Translations under genes and position numbers: made by a program | Shown: piece by piece, positions 18,260-25,997 of the stretch | Layout of the letters: each line of letters opens with the position of its first letter | Position numbering within the stretch: position 1 is the stretch's first letter | Notes under the pieces: model-generated | Database searches by the model: none | What the model was told of the DNA's origin: nothing | What the model saw: only the letters and a program-made list of their open reading frames with translations | DNA from: Myxococcales bacterium | Lineage (GTDB): Bacteria > Myxococcota_A > Polyangia > Polyangiales > Polyangiaceae | Assembly (NCBI GenBank): GCA_043747615.1 | Contig: JAYTOU010000053.1 | Location: 1 to 64,000 of the forward strand | Direction: 5' to 3' | DNA length: 64,000 bases

Positions 18260-19810
18260 TTATTTCTTCGCGGGCGCCGGCCCGACGGGATCTCCGTATG
18301 CGTCGTGAATTTCCGGGGCGCCGAGGTGGAGCACTTCGAGCGAAGACTCGAGCTTCGCACGGTCGCCCACGACGATCACCCTGATCGCGCTCGGATGCAG
18401 ATGCGCCGCTGCCACGCGCTTCACGTCGGCCGCGGTCACCGCGTCGATGCGCTTCACCCGTGTCGAGAACTCATCGAGCGGGAGATCGTAGACCGCGATG
18501 TCCGCGAGCGCGCTCGTCACGTCGGTCACCGTCTCGAAGCGACCGGGAAGCGCGAGCTTGAGATTTTCTTTCGCGTTCGCCAGCTCGTCGACAGTGGCTT
18601 CGCTGTCGCGGCTTGCTGCGAGCTCGACGAAGAGCTCGTGGATGGCCGGAGCGGTCTTGTCGGCGACCACCGCGCCGCCGGCCGTGAACGGGCCCGCCCC
18701 GTGCCGAAGAGAGAATCGCGAATACGCACCGTACGTGTACGCGTGCGCTTCCCTAAGGTTCATATTGATGCGGCTGGAGAACATCCCGCCAAGAATGGCG
18801 TTCGCGACCGTAAGCGCATCGCGATCGGAAGTGGACATGGCGACGCCTTGGTCGGCGAGGATCACCTGCGATTGTGGCGCTCCGGGGCGATCGACGAGAA
18901 TGAGCCGAGGTGCGTCGGCCTTTACCTTTACCGGCGCGAGCGCAGCGGACACCGGGCGCCCCGCCGCGCCCTTCCAGGCTCCGAAGGTTGCTTCGAGCTT
19001 CGGCACGAGGACTTCCTTCGTCACGTCGCCGGCTACGATGATCGTCGTATTCTTCGGCCCGAACGAGCGAGCGTAGGCCCTCGTGAGATCCTCCCGTGTG
19101 ATCTTTTTCACGTCTTCTTCCCGGCCCACCAGGGAATGCCCGTAGGGATGGGCGCGGCCGTAGACGACCGCGGCAACGGAGTTCGAGGCCATGGCTCCGG
19201 GGCTATTTTTTTCCTGGGTCAGAGATGCGAGACGCCTGGCCTTGAGGCGCGCGATCTCCGCGTCCGGGAAGGTGGGCTTCTGGATCACGTCTCCAAGAAT
19301 GGCGAGCGCGGCGTCGAGGTGGCGCGGCAGGACCTTCACACTGCTTCCCGCCGAATCCCATTCCGCCGAGGCGCCATGCTGAGCTCCAATGGCCTCGTAG
19401 TCGTCCGAAATCTGCAGCGCGTTGCGTGCGCCCGCACCCTGCTCGAGCATCGCCCCCATGAACGACATCATGCCCGGCTTGGCGGCGGCGTCGTCCCCTG
19501 CCCCGCGCGTGATGACGACCCGAACACTGACGATCGGAAGCTCGTGACGCGCGACGTAAAGAACGCGTGTCCCATTTTTCAGCGTGAGCGACTCGATCTT
19601 GGGTGCGCTGAAGGACACCGCTCCACTCGGCTCCGGGACGGCGTCGCGAAACGCCGCGTCGGGCGTCGTACGCGGAGGCTCCGGCGGCTGCGCGATCGGA
19701 GCAGGCCACTTCACGGCCGGCGGCGAGGGCGGAGGCTTCGGGAGCGGCGCCGTGTTGCCGCAGCCGATGGCGGACATGGCGAGCGCGAACATCAGAGAAA
19801 TCGGTTTCAC
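18260..19810 (-). CDS. M16 peptidase family, non-catalytic subunit (lipoprotein)
   Basis: Lipobox AIGC; LKNG, HELPIVSV and LGGMFSSRINMNLRE..AYTYG; no HxxEH; GTG overlaps the partner's stop. Confidence 0.9.
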   Translation of the reverse strand: MKPISLMFALAMSAIGCGNTAPLPKPPPSPPAVKWPAPIAQPPEPPRTTPDAAFRDAVPEPSGAVSFSAPKIESLTLKNGTRVLYVARHELPIVSVRVVITRGAGDDAAAKPGMMSFMGAMLEQGAGARNALQISDDYEAIGAQHGASAEWDSAGSSVKVLPRHLDAALAILGDVIQKPTFPDAEIARLKARRLASLTQEKNSPGAMASNSVAAVVYGRAHPYGHSLVGREEDVKKITREDLTRAYARSFGPKNTTIIVAGDVTKEVLVPKLEATFGAWKGAAGRPVSAALAPVKVKADAPRLILVDRPGAPQSQVILADQGVAMSTSDRDALTVANAILGGMFSSRINMNLREAHAYTYGAYSRFSLRHGAGPFTAGGAVVADKTAPAIHELFVELAASRDSEATVDELANAKENLKLALPGRFETVTDVTSALADIAVYDLPLDEFSTRVKRIDAVTAADVKRVAAAHLHPSAIRVIVVGDRAKLESSLEVLHLGAPEIHDAYGDPVGPAPAKK

Positions 19811-21180
19811 TTTCCACCTCCCCGAAGCACACCGCACACCGGCGCGCCCTTCACCGGCGTCACGATCGTCACCACCCGTTTTCCTTCGGGCAGCCAGGTA
19901 CGAACGGCATCCCACACCTGCGTCTCGGTGGCCTCCTCGTAGCGCGCCAGATCCTTGGCGAGGTAATTCGGGTCACCAGCAATCTGGTTGTAGGTGTTGA
20001 TGGTATTTGCGCGGGAGCTATTTTTCTCGAGGCTGAAGACCATCGCCGAGGAGGTCGACGTTCTTGCGCGGGCGAGCTCGGCGTCCTTCACTCCGCCCGA
20101 ACGCAGCGTCGCGAGCTCTTCGTCGATCGCCTTGAGGAGCTCGCCCGCCGTGTGACCGGGCTGCGCCGTCGCGACGATTTCGAACGTCGAGCCGAGCTGG
20201 GCGGAGCTCTGGTAGGCGCTCACGTCTTGAGCGATCTGCATGTCGTAGACGAGCCTCTTGTAGAGGCGACTCGTCTTTCCTCCCGACAGGACGTGCGCCG
20301 CGAGATCGAGCTCGCCGTCACCGGGGGCAAACATCGCCGGGGTTGGCCACGTGATGTACACGCGCGGAAGCTCGACTCCGGCATCCACCTCGAGACGCGC
20401 CTCTTTCTCGAGCTTCACCGCTGGCGGGAGCATCCGCGGCGGGGTCGGCGCGCTCGGAATCGGACCAAAATAGCGGGTCACCAGCTCGAGGGTCTTCTTT
20501 TTGTCGATGTCCCCCGCGACCACGAGCGTGGCGTTGTTGGGGGCATACCAGGTCCGAAAAAAGGCGCGCACGTCCTCCAGAGTCGCGGCATCGAGGTCGC
20601 GCGGCGTGCCGATCGTGAGGAGGTGATACGGGTGCGACGGCGGGTAAAGCTGGGCGTGCACGAATTCCACCACCATGCCGTAGGGAGCGTTTTCGTAGTT
20701 CTGGCGGCGCTCGTTCTTCACGACGTCGCGCTGGCCCGCGAACGTGAGCTGATCGACGTGCGAGAGCAGGAACCCCATGCGATCGCTCTCGAGCCAGAGC
20801 GCGAGCTCAAGGCGATTGACCGGCACTGTCTCGTAATAGTTCGTGCGATCGGTACTTGTCGTCCCGTTGACGTCGGTCGCGCCTACCCGCTCGAGGTAGC
20901 GGAAATACGCGTCCTCGGGCACATGCTTCGAGCCCTGGAACATCACGTGCTCGAAGAGATGGGCAAAGCCGTTTTTCCCCGCAGGCTCGTCCTTCGAGCC
21001 GACGTGGTACCAGAGGTTCACCGTGGCGATCGGGGTTCGGTGATCCTCGTGAAGGATGACCTCGAGGCCATTCGGCAACTTCGTTTTCTCGAGCGTCAAG
21101 GCAACCGATTCAGCGTTTGCAGAGGCGGGCGCGACGGTCGCGAGAAAAAAAATCGCAAAGATAGGCAGGTCGAATCGCAT
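19807..21180 (-). CDS. M16 (pitrilysin) peptidase, catalytic subunit
   Basis: Signal peptide; GFAHLFEHVMFQGS (HxxEH), TDRTNYYE, WLESDRM and VVKNERRQ. Confidence 0.95.
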   Translation of the reverse strand: MRFDLPIFAIFFLATVAPASANAESVALTLEKTKLPNGLEVILHEDHRTPIATVNLWYHVGSKDEPAGKNGFAHLFEHVMFQGSKHVPEDAYFRYLERVGATDVNGTTSTDRTNYYETVPVNRLELALWLESDRMGFLLSHVDQLTFAGQRDVVKNERRQNYENAPYGMVVEFVHAQLYPPSHPYHLLTIGTPRDLDAATLEDVRAFFRTWYAPNNATLVVAGDIDKKKTLELVTRYFGPIPSAPTPPRMLPPAVKLEKEARLEVDAGVELPRVYITWPTPAMFAPGDGELDLAAHVLSGGKTSRLYKRLVYDMQIAQDVSAYQSSAQLGSTFEIVATAQPGHTAGELLKAIDEELATLRSGGVKDAELARARTSTSSAMVFSLEKNSSRANTINTYNQIAGDPNYLAKDLARYEEATETQVWDAVRTWLPEGKRVVTIVTPVKGAPVCGVLRGGGK

Positions 21181-21224
21181 GGCTTGCTTGCTCCGTTCTA
21201 CCCCCTGCGTAGTACGATGGGGCC

Positions 21225-21464
21225 ATGCAGTCAGCCAAATCGACGCGGCTGTCGATTGTAAAACAGGGCCTTACCGACATCCTCGAACGCGTGGCCGAGA
21301 TGCCGAGCACTCCGCGCGTCCGGGAACTTCGCGCGAAGGCGCTCACCTACGAGCGCGCCGTCCGCAGCTGGGACATGCAGGCCCCGAGCGAAGAGCAGCG
21401 TTCGGCCATGATGAGGTGCGTCATCGATCTGAACGTCGAAGTGATGTCGGCTGGCAAAACCTGA
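21225..21464 (+). CDS. small hypothetical helical protein
   Basis: 79-aa ORF filling the gap between two minus-strand genes, with protein-like composition. Confidence 0.6.
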   Translation: MQSAKSTRLSIVKQGLTDILERVAEMPSTPRVRELRAKALTYERAVRSWDMQAPSEEQRSAMMRCVIDLNVEVMSAGKT

Positions 21465-21511
21465 ACGCCGATCGGGCGAGGCTGGATCAAACGACCCCAG
21501 CCGCGGCACGC

Positions 21512-22747
21512 CTACGCTGATTGGGCTTCCTCCGGGCCCTTTGACGGGCCTTTCGGCCTAAGCAGCGGGAGCGCCGCGGCGGCAAGGGCGAGGAGGAGGA
21601 CGACCGCGCCCGCAATGATCGCGTGAACCACGCCGATCCTCCGTGCCAGCGCCGCGAGCCCGAAAGACCCGAGCGACGGGAGCCCGATGAGGGTGATCGT
21701 GTAGAGACCGAGGACGCGCCCGCGGAACGCGCTCGGAACCTCGAGCTGGACGGCCGTCGCGACCATGGTGGTGAAGACCGTGGCCGACACGCCGGCGACG
21801 ACGAGCGCGACGGCAGCGAGGTGAAGCGTCGGCATCAATGCGAACGCGACGAGCGACAGGGCGAGGACGACACCGCTCAGAACGAACACGTGCGTGGTCC
21901 TGCGAACGTGGCTCCGAGCAGCGAGCCCAAGCGCTCCCGCGAGCGCACCCGCCCCTCCTGCGGAGAGGAGAAGCCCGTACCCCGACGGGCCGGAGTGCCA
22001 GATTTGCGCCGAGAAAACAGGCAAAATCTGCTGGTACGAGCGCGCGCATAGCGCAGCCACCGCGGCCACGACCAGAAGAACGAGGACGTGCGGTTCGTTA
22101 GCGACGTACCGTGCCCCGCCGAAGAGCGCTTCGCGCCACGTTAGCTTGGCGTTGCCGCGCGGCGGACGTCGCTCGAGGCGCAAGAGAGCGCCGATCACGA
22201 AGAGAAAGCTGAATGCGTTGAGCATGAAGAGCCACCCTGCCCCGACGACGTCGAGGAGAATACCCGCGAGCGCAGGGCCGACGAGCGCGGCCCCGGTGAA
22301 CGTTGCTGCGCTGAGAGACACGGCGTTTGCGAGAAGCTCGCGGGGCACGATGTCGCCGATGAGCGCCTGTCGCGCTGGATTGTCGAACGCCAACAGCACC
22401 GCGCCAAGGAACGTCGTGCCGAGAATGTGCCAAGGGCGGATCGCGTCTTGCCAGGCCAACACAGCCAAAATCACGGCGATGACGAGAGACGCTGTCTGCG
22501 TGAAGTAGAGGAGCTTCACGCGATCGACGCGATCGGCGATGGCCCCGCCGAGCGGCGGAATGATCACCATCGGCACCGCAAAGCTCAGACCGAGAAGACC
22601 AAGATAAAAGGGGTCGCCTTTGCCAAGTTGGAACATGAGCCAGCTCCGGGCCACGTTCTGCATCCACGTCCCGACATTGGACAGAAGAAGCCCCGCCCAG
22701 AGTCGCGTGAAATCCTTATTGGCTAAAGCAGAAAAGCGCTCGGCCAC
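21512..22747 (-). CDS. MFS transporter
   Basis: DFTRLWAGLLLSNVGTWMQ, GGAIADRVDR and FDNPARQA; about 12 TM; GTG 4 nt after the pqqE stop. Confidence 0.9.
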   Translation of the reverse strand: MAERFSALANKDFTRLWAGLLLSNVGTWMQNVARSWLMFQLGKGDPFYLGLLGLSFAVPMVIIPPLGGAIADRVDRVKLLYFTQTASLVIAVILAVLAWQDAIRPWHILGTTFLGAVLLAFDNPARQALIGDIVPRELLANAVSLSAATFTGAALVGPALAGILLDVVGAGWLFMLNAFSFLFVIGALLRLERRPPRGNAKLTWREALFGGARYVANEPHVLVLLVVAAVAALCARSYQQILPVFSAQIWHSGPSGYGLLLSAGGAGALAGALGLAARSHVRRTTHVFVLSGVVLALSLVAFALMPTLHLAAVALVVAGVSATVFTTMVATAVQLEVPSAFRGRVLGLYTITLIGLPSLGSFGLAALARRIGVVHAIIAGAVVLLLALAAAALPLLRPKGPSKGPEEAQSA

Positions 22748-22751
22748 GCGA

Positions 22752-23834
22752 TTACGTCGAAGCCTTGCCGCGATGGAGGAAACGACGCCCAGGCTCCGCG
22801 TCGACCGCACGGGCACCGGCGACGAGCGCATGATCCGGAGAGAGCGAGCACGCCGGATCGGTCTTCGCGGCGTCTCCGGTGAGAGCAAACGCTTGGCAGC
22901 GGCAGCCCCCGAAATCGATCCCGCGGCGCGCGCACTCCCTGCAGGTGGAGGACATCCAATCCTCACCACGAAAGGCCTTGAACGCGGGCGATTCGTTCCA
23001 GATCCGGGAGAGCGAGGCGTTCTGCGCGTTTTCGAAGGACAGCGCCGTTATCGACTGCGCAGCGTGGCACGGGAGGACAGTGCCGTTCGGAACGACGTGA
23101 ATGTAACGGCGCGCCCATCCATCCATGCAGGCCTTCGGCAGGGTCGAGTGGTAGTCGGGAGTGACGTAAACGAGCTCCATCTTCCCTTCGAGACGGACGC
23201 GCGCCGCTGCTGCGATCTCATGGGCGCGATAGACTTGCGCGTCGGTGGGCATGAGAGCGTCGCGATTGAGGCTTGCCCACCCGTGGTACTGGGTATTCGC
23301 CAACTCCAAACGATCGACGGAAAGGCTTTCGCCGAGGGCAATCAGCTTCTCGACGTCATCTAAGTTCTGGCGATGAAGAACCATATTGAGCGTGAGCGGT
23401 AATCCCTCGTCTTTTACCCAGCGCGCGACTTCGAGCTTCGCGTCGAAGGAGGCATATCCGGCGATGCGATCCGACGCTGCCCTGTCGACGGCCTGGATGC
23501 TGAGCTGCACGTTGTCGAGGCCCGCCGCGCGAAGTGCCTTCAAGCGCGCGCGTGTGAGCGGAACCCCGCTGGTGATGAGATTCGTGTACAAATCAAGGCT
23601 CCGCGCGTGGCTGACGAGAGCCTCCAGATCTTTTCGAGCAAGCGGCTCACCGCCCGTGAAGTGGACCTGCACCACGCCCAGCTCCTCGGCCTGGCTGAGG
23701 ATCCGTGTCCAGTCGCTCGTCGCGAGCTCGCTCGGGTCATCTTGGTAGTTGATCGGATTGGAGCAATACGGACAGCGAAGTGGGCAGCGGTAGGTCAGCT
23801 CCGCAATCAACGTATAAGGACGTTCGGTTTTCAC
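22752..23834 (-). CDS. pqqE: PqqA peptide cyclase, radical SAM/SPASM
   Basis: AELTYRCPLRCPYCSNP, ELANTQYHGWA, PKACMDGW and DFGGCRCQA. Confidence 0.97.
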   Translation of the reverse strand: MKTERPYTLIAELTYRCPLRCPYCSNPINYQDDPSELATSDWTRILSQAEELGVVQVHFTGGEPLARKDLEALVSHARSLDLYTNLITSGVPLTRARLKALRAAGLDNVQLSIQAVDRAASDRIAGYASFDAKLEVARWVKDEGLPLTLNMVLHRQNLDDVEKLIALGESLSVDRLELANTQYHGWASLNRDALMPTDAQVYRAHEIAAAARVRLEGKMELVYVTPDYHSTLPKACMDGWARRYIHVVPNGTVLPCHAAQSITALSFENAQNASLSRIWNESPAFKAFRGEDWMSSTCRECARRGIDFGGCRCQAFALTGDAAKTDPACSLSPDHALVAGARAVDAEPGRRFLHRGKAST

Positions 23835-24094
23835 GGTTGGAGGAGCCCCTTCTTCCGCAGCTCGTCCAGGAACTCTTCGATTTCTTTTCGGATGACCGAG
23901 GGCTCCGCGTCTTGAAACGAAGCGGCCATCATTTCGATCGTGTGGTGCCCGTCGCACATCGCGAGGACCGCCGCCCCCGTCGGGTTCAAGACTAGGCCAC
24001 GTTCAGGGTACAAAAGCAGATGTTTCTGCTCGATCTTGTCCCAACGCAGGCGCGCCTTCGCAGCGAGCTTCGGATGGGTGGGCAGGCCACTCAC
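23831..24094 (-). CDS. pqqD: PqqD peptide chaperone (RRE)
   Basis: LLLYPERGLVLNPTGAAVLAMCDG; lies between pqqC and pqqE. Confidence 0.95.
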   Translation of the reverse strand: MSGLPTHPKLAAKARLRWDKIEQKHLLLYPERGLVLNPTGAAVLAMCDGHHTIEMMAASFQDAEPSVIRKEIEEFLDELRKKGLLQP

Positions 24095-24783
24095 GGCTCA
24101 CGCGTGGACTCTTGGACCGCGTCGAGCAGCGCCCAAAGTATTTGGCATTTTGTGATCAGCGCCTGGATGCAGCGCTCTTGCGTGTCCGACGTCGTCGCCG
24201 AAGCCAATACAAACTCCACCGCTTCTTTGGAATCTTCGCGGGCACGGGTCACGCGGCCACGAAAATAGTCCTGCACGGCCGGGTCGATCCATGGGTAATG
24301 TTTTTCCCACGCCGCCAGTCGCAGTGCCATCAGGTCCGGAGCGAAAAATTCGGTGAGCGACGAGGCCACCGCCTCCACGAGGCTGCGCTCGCGCACCAGC
24401 TGAACATACGAATCGCAGGCAAATCGTACGATCGGCAGCACCGAGCGGAGTGAGCGGACCTCCTCCACGTCGAGCCCCACCCCGGCCGCAAGGCGGAGCC
24501 AGAGAGCGAGCCCCCCTTCCGATCCCTCGAAGCCGTCGTGGTCGTGAATGCGGTGAATCCACTTTCGACGCCACGCGGGATCTTCTGACTTGGAAAGAAG
24601 GATAGCGTCTTTGATCGGTATTCGAGTTTGGTAGTAATAACGATTGAGCACCCACGCCTGAATCTCTTTTCGGGAGAGGCGCCCGTCGTGCATCCGGAGA
24701 TGAAAAGGGTGCCGGTCGTGGTAGCGCGCTTGCCCCTCGACGCGGAGGCGGGCAAGAAACTCGTCGGGGCTCAGTGCGCTCAA
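24091..24783 (-). CDS. pqqC: pyrroloquinoline-quinone synthase
   Basis: RYHDRHPFH, WVLNRYYYQTRIPIKDA, RIHDHDG and SSLTEFFAP; TTG start overlaps the pqqB stop. Confidence 0.97.
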   Translation of the reverse strand: MSALSPDEFLARLRVEGQARYHDRHPFHLRMHDGRLSRKEIQAWVLNRYYYQTRIPIKDAILLSKSEDPAWRRKWIHRIHDHDGFEGSEGGLALWLRLAAGVGLDVEEVRSLRSVLPIVRFACDSYVQLVRERSLVEAVASSLTEFFAPDLMALRLAAWEKHYPWIDPAVQDYFRGRVTRAREDSKEAVEFVLASATTSDTQERCIQALITKCQILWALLDAVQESTREP

Positions 24784-25694
24784 AGATCGATCTCCATACC
24801 GTCGAAGGCCACTTCCCACCCCGCGCGCTCGACGTGACCGCGCTCCGGAGAATCTTCGCGGAGGATCGGGTTGGTGTTGTTGATGTGGGTGTAGATTTTT
24901 CGTCGCGCCGTGATCTTCGCGAGCTTGGCGAGGCTCCCCGTGCCTCCGCTAATGGGAAGGTGGGCCATGTCTTCTGCGCGCGACTTCGAGGCACCGAGGG
25001 CGGGGAGCTCGTCGCTCGACCAGAACGTACCGTCGACGAAGACGCAATCGGCGTCGAGTGCGGAGACGAAGGGGTCCACCGAGGAGGTCGCGGCGAGGTA
25101 CACAGCGCTCTTTCCGGTGGCCGTCTCGCGAATCCACAAGCCGACGTTGTCCTCCGCAGATGCGATTTTCGAGCTTTTTTCTAGATGGACGGGGAGCTTG
25201 CCCTTGGCTGCCCGCGCCTCGACCGTGAGTCCGCTCGCCACGTCGTCTGTACCCGCGAGAGGAACCTCGCAGCCAAGGTCGAGGCGTCGCCACACCACCT
25301 GCCCCTCGAAGCGCTCAAGCGTTCGGAAGATCGCATTCTCTACGAGCCCGCTGCGAACCGCGTCGGTCGCGTAGATCGCAAACGGCAGCGACTCGCGGAG
25401 CGAGAAGAGTCCGAGGATGTGATCGAGATCGCCGTTGGTCAGGATGATCGCACGGATCGGCGAGTGGCGAAGCGCGCGCGGGGTCAGCGCCGGCGTGGCC
25501 TGGACTTGGCGGTGGATGTCGGGCGAGGCGTTGACGAGGAACCACGCCTCACCGTTTGCGCTGAAGGCGAGCGAGTCCTGGGTGCGGGCGCGCACCGCAG
25601 GCGATCCCGAACGTACGTCACGGCAATTCGTGCACCCACAGTTCCATTGTGGAAACCCGCCACCGGCAGCGGATCCCAGGACGCGGACGCGCAC
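24780..25694 (-). CDS. pqqB: PQQ biosynthesis protein PqqB
   Basis: VLGSAAGGGFPQWNCGC, RTQ, NASPD, DLDH, DGTFW and HINNTNP. Confidence 0.97.
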   Translation of the reverse strand: MRVRVLGSAAGGGFPQWNCGCTNCRDVRSGSPAVRARTQDSLAFSANGEAWFLVNASPDIHRQVQATPALTPRALRHSPIRAIILTNGDLDHILGLFSLRESLPFAIYATDAVRSGLVENAIFRTLERFEGQVVWRRLDLGCEVPLAGTDDVASGLTVEARAAKGKLPVHLEKSSKIASAEDNVGLWIRETATGKSAVYLAATSSVDPFVSALDADCVFVDGTFWSSDELPALGASKSRAEDMAHLPISGGTGSLAKLAKITARRKIYTHINNTNPILREDSPERGHVERAGWEVAFDGMEIDL

Positions 25695-25749
25695 GAGAGC
25701 TCAGTCAGTTCGGAAAGGTTGGTTCTAAAAAGGTCAGCCGGAAGCAGCG

Positions 25750-25899
25750 TCAGTCAGATGAAACGACTTCGCCGGTGCTCGACGCGACGGCCCCTTTCAC
25801 GAACGGCGGCTCCTCGCGGAGGGGATCGAAATCGTCCTGGTAGGCGCTGATTTCCGAATCCATCTTCACTTCCACGAACGACGGGCGTTTCCACTCCAT
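25750..25899 (-). CDS. pqqA: PQQ precursor peptide with long C-terminal extension
   Basis: MEWKRPSFVEVKMDSEISAY: W..P leader and ExxxY core; GAGGAG RBS; directly upstream of pqqB. Confidence 0.88.
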   Translation of the reverse strand: MEWKRPSFVEVKMDSEISAYQDDFDPLREEPPFVKGAVASSTGEVVSSD

Positions 25900-25997
25900 G
25901 AGCGTCTCCTCGAGCATTGACCAGCCAGCCGGCCTGCACTCCGAAGAGTAGGCGCTAATGGGCTTGCGCGCAAACGCCAGGCGGTAGAGGAAGGTGC

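Noticed and set aside
18260..21180. M16 pair as the PqqF/PqqG protease, and the M1 aminopeptidase (25998-28736) as a PqqA trimmer
   Set aside because: All carry export signals or lipoboxes whereas PqqA processing is cytoplasmic; the M16 pair is also separated from the pqq run by an opposite-strand gene. Proximity only.
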